64,000 nucleotides of DNA from Eledone cirrhosa. Lineage: Eukaryota. Location of the stretch: positions 41,478,001 to 41,542,000 of the forward strand of contig OZ024743.1 of NCBI GenBank assembly GCA_964016885.1, written 5' to 3'. How positions within the stretch are numbered: position 1 is the stretch's first letter; every line of letters begins with the position of its first letter. The notes beneath the pieces were generated by a model. It ran no database searches and was not told the DNA's origin. It worked only from the letters and a program-made list of their open reading frames with translations. The position numbers were made by a program, and so were the translations under genes. Below, in pieces: positions 12,325 to 25,800 of the stretch.

Positions 12325-12534
12325 GGACACACTGCGCTGCTTTCAACCAGTTTGTTGAAAGGTGGGTGAGATTGGTGAGCATGATCCGTGTGAATGGGCT
12401 TGCCTTGAATATACCCCTTTAGGGTGTAGGAGAACAACTGGAAGGAGGCACTTTGACCTAGAGGTCAGGGTGACCGTGGCCTTTTGTGGGCTTTCTCCAC
12501 GATTGACACTTGGAGTCTCTCCAGCTTTAGGAAA
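12325..12534 (+). mobile_element. Tx1 3'-end fragment (ORF2 end and part of 3' UTR)
   Basis: tttgttgaaaggtgggtgag...gtgaatggg and a 3' UTR similar to the other copies. Confidence 0.7.
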
Positions 12535-14643
12535 TTTGTTATGTTTGGACGTGACCAACAGTGAAAGCTATGCTATTAGGCTAGTGGCTGTTTATGCCCG
12601 TCAGGGGGAGGGCGGCCTGATTTCTTCAGGTGAATGGAGATTTCGTAGGAACGTCGCGTTCTTTAATGTTAGAGGGCGATTGGAATAGGATCTTGGATGC
12701 ACGCTGGGATTGTGTGGGATTAGCAGATAGTGGAGTAGAGTGCAAATACCTCACAAACCTGCTCAGGCGTATCCATCTCCCTGACATTTAACGACTAAAT
12801 TTCCCGAATATACCAATGTGGACACGGACAAACCACATCGCTTCATCCAGATCGTATCTAGAGTAATTTGTAAGGAAATAGATACATATTTCTAGCATGG
12901 GTTGTCCACAATTAAAGATAGACGACTACACAGACCACAGATTCGTGATCTGTGTTCTCGACTTAGATAGGCTTCATAGACTGGGACCCAGCTACTGGAA
13001 GTTGAACGCGTCGCTGACAACGCGCAAAGCCTACACAGACCAAATTAACGAACTAGTTAAACAGGCGTTGACAGAGGGAGTCGTCAATAACAAATGGTGG
13101 TTCTTCCTGAAAAGGGTGATTAGAATAGAGTACATTAGATTTAGTAAGGTATTAGCAATAGAGAAAATAGAGGGAGAACTTGTTAGCAAACTAGACGGGG
13201 TGCCTAGTAAAGCCATCGCAACCAACGTGCTAGCGGCGAAATTGGCCCGCGACCAATTCTTCAAAGCAAAGCACGAAAGTTGCGTTGTCAGAGCTAAGGC
13301 GCGTGCTCTCAGACACGAGGGGTAGAAAGCCGTTTGGTGGGTGCGAGTGGCATAGGTAGAGGCACGGGTGGGTCCTTGATCAATTTAGGTCAGTCGAAAG
13401 CTTTCGATAGGCTGGAACATCGTTATCTGGCGGCCGGTTTCTGGCCCGTCGTCAGAGACTGGATGGGTGCCATGCACAGTGACATCTTATCTGTGGTAAG
13501 AGTGAAGGTCATCTTTCGGAAACATTCAAAATCATGCGCTCGGTCGACCAAGAATGTATTGACTCTCGAGCCATTACTGCACAGACTGGAGACGTTGAGC
13601 GGCGTCCCGTACGCACTGGGATGCGGGAGAACCGCGTCAGCATATGCCGACGAATTCACCGTAGTTGTGTCAGCGCCAAACACATTTAGACGATCGGCAC
13701 TACACAGAGAATACGAGGCTGTTACAGGAACAATGATTGACTACGAAAAGTAGGTGTTCCTGCGGCTCAGCATCTGCAGATGCAGGTCCATGTCGTTCAA
13801 CAGCGTCGTCGTGCTAGGGGTCTGGTTCCATCCGGACCTCCAGGCGGACACATTGGGATGAGGTAACTCGCAAGATGTCCTCTTTCACCCAGAAATTGGC
13901 CGAGAGGACTCTATCCCTTAAGGTCAAGCGTATGTGGCGAATGCGATAACATCTAAAGGCATGGAAGTTCCGGCAACTGGCCATGTTCGAGATGCATGCT
14001 GGGCGACGAAACCGTCCTGCATGCACGCGTCCAATGTCTGAGCATTGCTGACTTGTGGGTTTTGTCGAACACTGCTGCCACGTTTAGGACGGATCCGGCT
14101 ATCAGCTGAGGGCATCGTGAGGATTGCCCCAGCGCCTTCCTTTAGCCGGGGAGGGAAGGCGTTTTTTCTGGCTGGTCGCAATGGTGAAGGAGGTCCTGTC
14201 TTGGACGCGTTTGAAAGGGCTGAAGACGAGCACGTACATCTTCGGTGATACTCAGATTATCTTTTTCAAATTTCATTTGAAAAGGAAAATCAGGATGGAG
14301 AGAGATGTGCGCCCTAACCAGCAATTTGTTGAAATATGGGTGTGAGAGGCAAGCATGCCCCTAGTGAATGGGCCTGCTCTGAGTATGTACCTGTAGATTA
14401 GAGATGGAGAGGGCTTTTGCCCTGATGATTAGTGTCACCGTGGTTTTTTTAATGGGCTTTATCCACAAGTGACCGTCAGATGTCTCCAACCCCTATTGGG
14501 GAATTTCCCTTTGTTTCTTTTTTTGTCATTTCCTTTGTTTTTTTAATTTACACGCAGAAATGCCCACTGTACTGACCTGTACCGACCTGTCCTGCCCTTT
14601 AATTTTATACTTTATGTCAACGCTCTTGGTCAATAAAAAAAAA

Positions 14644-14644
<1 letters not shown>
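12535..14644 (+). mobile_element. degenerate, internally deleted Tx1 copy (APE-RT remnants)
   Basis: Fragments RLVAVYA, YTDHRF, QSKAFDR, AYADEF, FHLKRKIR; 3' UTR, then (ATT)n at 14645..14683. Confidence 0.85.
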
Positions 14645-14683
<39 letters not shown>

Positions 14684-17468
14684 GGCGACCTACGTAGGAA
14701 ATCGTATCATCGTGAGCTCCGCAAAGGTTTGTTGTTTTAAGTTGTTTCAAATTGCTATTTATGGAAAAACTTTGTTGTTAAGTGTTCATGAGGGCACAAC
14801 ATTTGCTTTCGGAAAAGGACACTCAAAAAGATTGGGGCCTTGAGCCCAAAATTTAAACTTTTATAATTATCAAACAAAAAATTTCTTTCAAAAAATCATG
14901 GATGACCTACAGCTACACCAAGCAGCTGAGAGCTTTCCTCACAAACTAACACTTCACACCAACAACACCATTGTAAATACCACTACGTTTGCCAAGACTA
15001 AAAATATAAGCAGTAGCAATAATATAAATTTGTCTCATGCAGACATTCATTTCCCGCCATTACCAATGACTGCAGATGTTGAAGCCGCCACCTCCACCAC
15101 CACCACAGCGACAACAGAAACAAAAGAAAAAAATAAATTATCTCGTGATATCGAAATGGATTCACACAGAATCGATTCTTCCAAACCGAATACCACTGAC
15201 GCCAGCACCACGACAAATGAAACTAAAAATAACAATAACAAAAATAACAATAACAACAACAGCAACAACAACAATGAGAATAACAACAAGAACCTCAACA
15301 CCACCGTGAGGTTTGACAAAGCAGCCAAAAAATGCGAAACAATCCAGGTAACTCAGGAGGAATTAGATGAAGCCAAGAGAATGGTAAAGAAAGATGGGTA
15401 CAGGGTCAGCCCCCCCCCCACACACACACATACACACCTAATAAAATGGAGCATCGGCGGCTATGCACCGTGTTTTTCGGACGATTAACATAAAATCGGA
15501 TGCCCGTTCCGAGTGGAACGGGCATCCGAGTCACAAATGCAAAAGTCTTTGAGACATGTGTGGGCAACAAAAAATAGCCACATCAGACGTGGGCAGAAAT
15601 ATGGAACCGTGGACGTATTCTTTGGAACACCACAGGAGGTCAGAGAGCACTCCATGGCCCCATTAAGAAGCGACGACTTCACACTCGTCCCAAGCTATTG
15701 TGGCGGCCAGAGACTCGTAAAGATCAGGGTGACCCACGTTCCACCGGCCATCGAAATTCCCTGGCTAATGGCTGACGTCCTCGCCGGCATCGAGGCCAAC
15801 ACCAAAATAATCGAAATAACAAAAGAAAAGCAGGAGAACTGGTCCAAATCTGGGATGGAGCTCCTGATCAAAGCGGACCAAAAAAGGATTGGTGAGATCC
15901 CAGAGGTAATAGACCTCACTGACAGCAGCCAGCTCACCATAATCGTCGAGGGTAGAAGGTCTAGGTGTGTCGTTTGTGGTGAAGGAACCCACATAAGGAC
16001 TTTATGCCCTCAGGCTAAAAAGTTGAGACCACCTGTCTTACCCACCCCAGCGACTCAACCATCAATACCACCGGACCATCAGACGGACAAAAACTGGGAC
16101 GAGGTGATGAGCAGGGTGCTTCTCTCACCCAGAAATGGGCGGAGAGGAAGCTATCCCTGAAAGGTCGAGCGGAGGTGGCTAACGGGTAAATCGCGTCCGT
16201 CATCTACTACCGCCTGACCGTCGTACCTTGTCCTAAGCCCCGCCTGACTGCGCTGGAGCGTTTGCTCTTTCGCTTTTTGTGGAAGGGACGCGCTCCGATG
16301 GTCAGGCGGTACATCTGCTGTCAACACCCGCTACGTGGAGGGCTGGGAATGCCGTGGCTGATGATGCGCAGACACACGCTCAGGCTACGACATCTCCACC
16401 CCTTCCTCGACGGTGATAAGGTTTGGTCTCCGTTTTGCTAGACACCTCTTTCACCAGCTCGTCTCCTTGACGGAGCTGCAGGCCAGGGTCAAGCGAAGAC
16501 CGAGAGGGAGCGCTTGGAGACTGGAATGTCTTCAGGCGCTCACAGCCCTCGACCAATCGGGCAATGTGATCGGTGGAAACTCCAACTTGGCGTTCTATAG
16601 AGGATTAGTGGAGGGGAAGAGCGACGATGTACCTGGGGAAACTCTAGGCGTCGATGAAAATCAACTAGCCAATCTCTTCGGAAGAACTTTCGGGCCGGGG
16701 TCTATGGACAACTTCCAGAAATCTTTGGCCTGGCAGAGCTACCGAGGAGCTTTGCCAGTTCGGGATAAACTCTACAGGCATGGAGGTGCCGTCAGCCGGG
16801 CATGTCCGAGATGCGCGCAGGGCGACGAAACCGTCCTGCACGCACTCGTCCAGTGTCGAGCATTGCTGACTTGTGGGTTTATGTCGAACACCTGCTGTCG
16901 CGTGTGGGTCGGATACGGCTATCAGCTGAGTCAATCGTGCGGATTGCCCCGCCCTCTACCTTTTTCCGGGAAGAGCAGGCAGTTTTTATCTGTCTGGTGG
17001 CCATGGCGAAAGAGATAGTATGGTGGACACGTTTGAAAGGGCTGAAGACGAGCACTTTCCTCTTCGGTGATGCCCTGATTAACTTTTTCAAATTTCATTT
17101 GAAGAGGAAAATCAGGGTAGAAAGGGAAGTGCTCTCTTCCCAGCATTTTGTTGAAAGATGGGTGAGAGAGGCAAGAATGGCCCGAATGAATGGGCCTACT
17201 CTTAGTATGTGTCTGTAAATTAAAGGTGGAAAACTGGGAGAGGGCACTTGCCCTGGTGGTCGGGGTCACTGTGGCTTTTTAATGGGATTTCTCCACCAAT
17301 GTCCCTCGGAAGTCACCCCCCTATTGGGGACTTTTTTCATTGTTCTATTATAACATCCTGTTTCTTGTTTTTTTTACACGCAGAAATGCCCATTTGTACC
17401 GCCCTGTATTGTCCTGTACTGTCCTTAATGTCTACTTTATGTAAACCCTTGTGGTTAATAAAGAAATC
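14684..17468 (+). mobile_element. Tx1 copy, ORF1 type B, with ~3 kb internal deletion
   Basis: 5' end ggcgacctacgtag matches 46792... ORF1 with CVVCGEGTHIRTLC knuckle jumps at ~16071 into the post-YADD part of ORF2. Ends aataaagaaatc(att)n. Confidence 0.88.
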
Positions 17469-17489
17469 ATTATTATTATTATCATTATT

Positions 17490-20400
17490 GAATGCTATGA
17501 TTTGCGGAAGCTCGGCTCTGTAAGGTATTGTAAATTTTGACCGCTATAACAATTATAAATTGTTTAAAACTTTAACCAACTTGTAGACAAAAACACCCTC
17601 CTCCTCGTGAGAGGGGTCTTTCTGCCCGTTATTCAGCTCTACGTGGTTAAATAACCGCTTATTGGGGTTTTGTGCCCAATATTTATTTTAAACAAAAAAA
17701 AACAAAACATGGCTACGAAAAGGAATTTTCATAGGTCACTGCCACTCATTCCGTCTTCTTCTTCCTCAATCGTCACTATAGCAGAGAGAAGATTGTCTCT
17801 CTCCCTCCCTTCTCTTTCGCAAGCGACGCCAGAAAAGAAACATCACGTGCAAAGCGTGCAAGATTTCTCCACGACGACGACAGCGACGAAAAAGGTGTGC
17901 GGGAATTCGTCTGACGTCTGACGTCAAGAATAATAGCAGTAGCAGCCGTAATAACAGCAGCAACAGTGACAAGGAAAACAACAGTAGCAGCCGCAACAAC
18001 ATCATCAGCAGCATAAACAACAACAGCATTAGCAGCAACAACAACAGCAGCAGCAGCAGCAGCAGCAACGACAACAACAACCACAGCAACAGCGGCGGCG
18101 GCAGTAGTCGTAGTACCTGCAGCAACAACAAAAGTAACAGCAGCTCTGACGACAACAACAACAGCAGCAAAGAAAAACCAATCTGGTTTGCAGGTATCGC
18201 AAAGAACCTGGAAACCATCCTCATAACAAATGAGGAATTAGAGGAAGCGAAGAAGATAGTGACAAAAATTCGACACCGAGCAATCTGCAAGGCAGCCGAA
18301 AAATTGTTCGAAACCCAACAGCAATGTACGGTCACGTACCGCAAAGTAAGTACAAAATCCCGTAGGGTTGAAAGAGCCATAGAGGCTCAAATACAAAAAG
18401 CCTTGGGCTCTGTGTGGCAGCGGAAAACGCACATCACCCGAGGCAAGAAATATGCCACCGTAGACGTACTTTTTGCCACACCCCAGGAGGCAAAGGCTCA
18501 ATCATTAGTGTCCCTAAGGAGCGAGGAAATGGTGTTGGCGCCCTCCTACTGCGGGCAAAAAATTGTGAGGGTCAAACTGACCCCCCCCCCGTCCCGAGAT
18601 GGCCCCTTCTTCGGAAATCAAAAACAGCAGCAGCAGTGGAAGTATTAACAACAACAACAGCAATACCAAATGCAGCTGCAACAGAGACTCCAGTGCAAAT
18701 ATCACCAACAACAACAAGTGAAAGAGTGGAGTTGGTATCCCTCCCCGACCTCACAGAATCAGACCTGGAGTGTGAGGTGGGAGAGGGATGGCAAAAGGTC
18801 GTAAGAAGGCACAAACGCAGAAGCAGCGCATCGTCGCCTTCGAAAAGGGAGGAAAGGAATGAAAAAATGGTAAAGGCTACTGCAAAGAGACTCACAGCAG
18901 CAACACCACCAACACCATCACCACCCACACTAACACCACCATCACCACCGGCGACAACCCTACCGCCAACAACAACAACACCTTCAACACCACCACCACA
19001 AGCACCAACATCGCAAACATAACAACAAAACACACACACCCAGCAACAACGACAAGAAAATAGCAGAACCACACCCCCAACCCCAGAAAAACAAATGCAC
19101 GGCAATAAATTTAACAACAAGAAACTAATGACTTACATAATTGAACACACAGACATTTCACAACACGACTACATAATACCAGCACCAATCAAAACGCCAA
19201 CTAACATAAGACTGCTAAAAATAGCACAGAAAGAATACACAAACATTAAAACGAAATTCCCCAGCGCAGTTGGTGATTTCAGAGACCTAGGAGGGACTCT
19301 CAACCGAAGAGTATATTCGGACATACTCATAGAAGAGCTGACGACCAGCCGAAGGGACGATTCAACGGTCCCTTCACCAGACGATCAAGTGAAAAGGGAT
19401 GGAAAAAACATCCCTCCTCTACGAAAAGTACGGTAAGTGGTCTTTCCCATCTTTTCCACTCTATTTTAAACATGACCTCACTCAGAATAGGCAGCATAAA
19501 TGCGCATGGCTTGGGGTCGTCATGGAAGCAGGGTCACCTGCTCAACGACCTCAGGTCACTAAACATAGATGTAGTGGCCATCAGCGAGACCAGAATCTCC
19601 GAAGCACGGGCCTTCGCACCGATCTTCGGCGGCTACGATGTGTACGCATCTCCCAGCCGTCCTGGATCGGGAGGTCGAGTTGCTGTGCTTTTTCGGAGAG
19701 GTTTGGATCTCGCCATACGGGCCATCTTCCTGGACCCAGAGGGTAAGTTGGTGATGCTGGACGTGACCAGCGGAGACGGGCAAGCTTTCAGGCTAGTGGC
19801 CGTCTATGCACCGACAGGAGCAGGGCGGCCTGATTTCTTCTGGAGTCTGGAGACCTTTCTTGGAACGTCACGCTCTTTAGTGTTAGTGGGCGACTGGAAC
19901 GGGATCTTAGATGCACGCTGGGACTGTGTGGGATTAGCGGATAGGGGTGGAGGTTGCAAGAGCCTCACCAACCTGCTCAGGCGTTTTGAACTGTTTGACA
20001 GGTACCCATTGGATTTCCCGTATGTGCCAATGTGGACTTGGACAAATCGCATAGGGTCATCCAGATCATATCTAGATATAGTATTTTGTAGGGAAATAGA
20101 TATGTCTAGCATGGGATGTCCACAATTCAAGATAGTCAGCTACACGGACCATAAATTCGCGATCTGTGTGCTTGACTTAGATAGGCTTCATAGACGAGGA
20201 CCCGGCTACTGGAAGCTAAACGCGTCCTTACCAGCGCGCAAGACCTACAGAGACCGGATTAGCGAACTAGTTAAGCGGGCGTTGACGGGGGCCATCGTCA
20301 ACAACAAGTGGTGGTTTGCTCTGAAAAGAGCGATTAGAATAGAATCGATTAGGTTTAGTAAGGCTTTAGCAATAGAGAAAAATAGAGCAGAGGGAGAATA

Positions 20401-22821
20401 GTTAGAAAATTAGACGAGGCGCTTAGCAAAAGGATTGCGACCGATGTGCTTGGGGCGAAATTGGCCCTTGACCAATTCTTCAATGCAAAGCACGAAGGCT
20501 GCGTTATCAGAGCTAGAGTGCGTGCTCTCAGACACGAGGGGACGAAAGCCGTTCAATGGGCCCAAGTGGCGGAGGTGCGTCGTGGCAACAAAGCCAAGAT
20601 CCGGTCTTTGGTGGTCCACGACGGGCGCATGCTACTCGATCCCGGGCAAATGTGTGAAGCTTTTCAGCGACACTTCGCTCAGCTGTTCGGGGGCAACGGT
20701 GGGCCGGGTCGAGGGATGGACTTTAGTGTCTATCTCGACGAACTGCCGCGGAGTGTTGTGAAAAGTCGATAACAGCCGCTGAAGTAAGGGAGGCAATGAC
20801 TGGCTGCACAAGGGATCAATCACCTGGTTTGGTTCGTCTGCCCTATGAACTTTACGTACAGCTGCCAGACTCGTTCGGAGGCCTCTTGGCGGACGTCTAC
20901 TGCAACTGGCAACAGAACGGCAGATTTCCCAGTTCTGTGAGCCGAGAAGCTGGGGCACTGCTGAGAAAGGATCCGAACAAGGAAATAACATAGATAATTT
21001 CCGGCCCATAACTCTGCTAGACACAGAGTTCAAGATGTTGTCCAAGGTGCTAGCAAAGAGGTTGGCGCTTTTCGTTGGTGGTCTGGTGGGAGAGGCGCAG
21101 ACATGCGCCATTCCCGACAGATCCACCCACGACAACCTCCACCTCATGCGATACATCGTAGAGAGGGTAGCTAGGGAACCTGGCACGGGTGGGTCCTTGA
21201 TCAATTTAGATCAGTCGAAAGCTTTCGATAGGGTCGACCATCGTTACCTAGCGGCAGTCCTGAGGGCGGCTGGCTTTGGGCCCGTCTTCAGAGGCTGGAT
21301 CGCTGCCATCCACAGCGCATCTGCTCTGTGGTGAGAGTGAACGGTCACCTTTCGGAACCGTTCAACATCATGCGCTCGGTCCGCCAAGGATGTCCCCTCT
21401 CGTCCCTCTTGTACGTATTGCCTCTGGAGCCATTACTGCACAAACTGGAGACGTTGAGGGGCGTCCCGCGCGAGCTAGGATGCGGAAGATCCGTGTCAGC
21501 ATATGCGGACGATATCACCGTAGTGGTGTCGAACGCCAAACACATCGAGGCGATCGGCACTACACTAAGAGAATACGAAGCGGTGACAGGAGCAATGATC
21601 AACCAGAAAAAGTCAGTGGGCCTGCAGCTCTGCACCTGGAGAGGCAGGTCCATGCCGTCCAACAGCGTCGTCGGACGCTGGACGGACGGACCGGTTAAAT
21701 TGCTAGGGGTCTGGTTCGGTCCGGACCTCCAGACGGACACAAACTGGGACGAGATGATGAGCAGGGTGGCTTCTCTCACCCAGAAATGGGCGGGGAGGAA
21801 GTTATCCCTGAAAGGTCGAGCGGAGGTGGCTAACGCGTACATCGCGTCTGTCATCTGCTACCGCCTGACCGTCGTACCTTGTCCGAAGCCCCCCGCCCCC
21901 TGACTGCGCTGGAGCGTTTGCTCTTTGGCTTTTTGTGGAAGGGACGCGCTCCGATGGTTAGTGGAGGGAAAGAGCGACGACGTACTTGGAGAAACTCTAG
22001 GCGTCACGAAAATCAACTAGCCAATCTCTCCGGAAGAACTTTCGGGCCGGGACCTATGGACAATTACCAGAAATCTCTGGCCTGGCAGTGCTACCGAGGA
22101 GCCTTGCCAGTTTGGGATAAACTCTACAGGCATGGATGTGCCGTCAGTCGGGCATGTCCGAGATGCGCGCAGGGCGACGAAACCGTCCTGCACGCACTCT
22201 TCCAGTGTCCGAAAATTGCTGACTTGTGTGTTTATGTCGAACACTTGCTGTCGCGTGTAGGACGGATCCGGCTATCATCTGAGTACATCGTTAGGATTGC
22301 CCCGCCCTCTTCCTTTAGCCGGGAAGGGCAGGAAGTTTTTATCTGTCTGGTGGCCATGGCGAAAGAGATAGTATGGTGGACACGTTTGAAAGGGCTGAAG
22401 ACGAGCACTTACCTCTTCGGTGATGCCCTGATTGACTTTTTCAAATTTCATTTGAAAAGGAAAATCAGAGTAGAGAGGGAAGTGCTCTCTTCCCAGCATT
22501 TTATTGAAAGATGGGTGAGAGAAGCAAGAATAACCCAAGTGAATGGGCCTACTCTGAGTACGTATCTGTAAATTAAAGGTGGAAAACTGGGAGAGGGCAC
22601 TTGCCTTGGTGGTCAGGGTCACTGTGGCCTTTTACTGGGCTTTCACCACAAATGTCCCTCCGAAGCCTCCCCCCTATTGGGGAATTTTTCATTGTTATTT
22701 TTTGTTACATCCTCTGTTTTTGTTTTTTACACGCAGAAATGCCCATTTGTACAATCCTGTATTGTCTTGCACTGTCCTTAATGTCTACTTTATGTAAACC
22801 CTTGTGGTTAATAAAGAAATC
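17490..22821 (+). mobile_element. Tx1 copy type A, both ends present, disrupted
   Basis: Closely similar to 27762..33793. ORF1 17709..19436 and ORF2 19472..22571 carry stops, frameshifts and deletions at ~18610 and ~21958. Confidence 0.92.
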
Positions 22822-22845
22822 ATTATTATTATTATTATTATTATT

Positions 22846-25800
22846 TGCATTTATCTTGCTTTATGTTTATACGAGTTATCACCAAGTCACAACCAGTGAC
22901 CTCAAGAGACAACAAGGTCCGCCATGTTCAAGAAAGAACACACATATTCACACATGCATCCTTAGTGTTTAGACTTGTGATGTACTTATATTGACAGGAT
23001 CTTCCTTAGTATATGGGCAGTTCCCATTAGTACTATCTTTTGTATTTCTCCTATACGCGGGTTTCCTGGGATTTGCGATAAGTAGTCGTTAGACCCCTTA
23101 GGTATCATTCCCAGAGCGCCTACAACCACTGGTATTGTTTTAGTTCTCAATTTCCACATTTTTCCAATTTCTATCTCCAGGTCCTTATACTTGCTCAATT
23201 TTTCAAATGTTTTTATAGATACATTCTTGTCTATTGGAACAGACATATCAATTAGCAGGCATACCCTCCTTTGAAAGTCCTTCAATATTATATCAGGTCT
23301 ATTTGCATCTATTTTTCGGTCTGTTTGGATGCTAAAGTTCCACAAGATTGAGATGTGATCTTTTTCAAGTATGGGAGGTGGTTGATGCTCCCACCAATTC
23401 TTTTGATGGGGCACGTCAAAATGCTTACACATTATCCAATGTATGTATTGTGCAGCTATGTCATGCCTGTTTAGGTATTCGGTTGGAGCTATAGGACTGC
23501 ACATTGAAATTATATGGTCAATGGTCTCTGGTTGTTTTTTGCATACATGGCATAATGGGCTGCACCCATTTTTTATTATGTTGGCTTGGTAATTTTTTGT
23601 TGGCAGACACTGATCTTGTGCGGATATAATCAGTCCTTCAGTCTCCGATTTCAGTCCAGAGGATGCCAACCACTGATGGGTTAAAGTTTTGTCAACATCA
23701 GGATTGTTAGCTCGCTCTGGGTATTTTACATACAGAGGCTTTTCTTGCCATTTCTTAGCCAGTTTCTGTAGCAGTTCTTTCTTTGCAGTTACTTTTACCT
23801 GCTTTGCTTTTTCTGTGTTTTCCATTTCAGCAGTAAATGGGACTTCTGAAATTTGTAGTCCATTACTGTATCTTTGTGCATCTTTTGTAATGGAATATGA
23901 TCTTTTGGTGCTTTCGTGTTTCAAAACGAGTTTGATCATCCAATCATGTGATTCCCTTAGATATGTGGATAATCCAATTGTTGCAGTTTTCAACGCAATG
24001 TCTAACTGGATTAACCCACGTCCTCCTTCTTTCCTAGGGAGATATATTCTATCTATGTCTGCCTTAGGGTGATGCATTCTGTGCATGGTTAAGAATTTTC
24101 GGATTTTTGTATCGAGCCTACGGATCTCTGTGCTTGACCAGTTGATGACATTGTAACTGTAGGTTACTACTGGTATGGCAAGCGTGTTTATGGCATCGAT
24201 CCTATTCCTTGCATTCAATTCCGTTCTTAAGATTGCTCTGACTCTGCGGTAAGATTCCTTCCTTATCCTTTCCCTCATTGTCGAGTGCTTGATTCCGTCT
24301 CCTTCACAAACACCTAGATATTTGTAAGTTTGTTCTTGATCAAGCTCTCTTATCACGTTCCTCCGATCAAGATTAATGTCTGAACTCTTCAGCAGCTTTC
24401 CTCTGGTGAACGTTGCTTTGGCGCATTTATCCAGTCCAAACTCCATTTTAATGTCATCACTGAACTGCTTCACAGTGGATAATAGCCCTTGCAATTGTTC
24501 ATCATTTTTTGCAAATAGTTTCAGGTCATCCATGTAGAACAGGTGATTAATGGTTTTGTCATAGACTCTATATCCATGTTTTGTTTCATTGAGCATTTTA
24601 CTTAATGGTATAAGTGCGATGCAGAATAAAAGCGGTGATAAAGAGTCACCCTGAACAATTCCACAATTAATGTTAACTTCTCCAGCTTCCAGTGATTTTG
24701 TTTCACTATTCAAAAGGAGTGTCGTTCTCCATGTCCTCATACTGAATGACAAAAACCTCCTGACAACGGGGGATATTTTGAAAATCTCTAAACATTTTTC
24801 AATCCAACTGTGTGGCAAACTATCAAATGCTTTTTTATAATCTATCCAAGCAATCGATAGATTTTTGTGTCTATTATGACAATCTTCCAGTATCATTTTG
24901 TTAACCAGAAGCTGATCCTTACAGCCATATGAGCCTCGTTTACACCCTTTCTGCTCAATGGGAAATAGGTCATTTGTTATCAGGTGGTCATATGTGTATT
25001 CAGTTAGGACTGATGTTAAAATTTTATACATTGTGGTCAAGCAGGTTATCGGTCTGTAATTTTTGGGATTGTTTGTCTCATCATTCTTCGGTAGCAGGAA
25101 TGTAATGCCGTTAACTAGCCATGATGGTATCTTTTCTGGCTCCTTAACTATTTCATTGTAAAGTTGGGCTAACAGCTCATGAGACTCTGTGAAGGCATTT
25201 ATCCAAAAGTTTTGTATTTTGTCTTTTCCTGGGGATTTCCATTTGCTGGTTTTTCTTAGAGCCAAGCGCAGCTGTTCAACTGTTATATTTTCCCATGTTT
25301 GTTCTTCAAGGTGAGCTGTTTCTTTCATTTGTCTGTCTATCCATGGGGCATGTATGTTATGAACTTTTTCTTCGACCCAGATCTTTTCCCAGAATTCTTG
25401 CACTTCCTCCTTGGGTGGTATTGATTTAGCAGTTATTGTTGACTTACCAATTTTTCTGTAGAAGTTTCTTTGGTTGTTTTTGAACATATTATTGTCCTTA
25501 TAGAATCTAGATCGTTTTTCAAAGCGCCTTATACGAGCAGCTTTGGCCGACACTTTTTGCTTGATTGTTTCTATCAGCATGTCTATGTCACATGTTGATC
25601 TTATACTGTACTTTTTTTTCAATTTTCTAAGTTTAGTTTGTTTAACATGTTCACCTACTTTATAGTTTGTTAAAATTTCTATGTCAGATCGGAGAAGGTT
25701 TATTTGGCGATTGATGTTATCTTGCCAAGTAGATTTCTTGTGGGAATTCCTTTGTTTTTTCATCTTCACTCCACATAAGTGAGTGGTGACTTTAGCCGAT

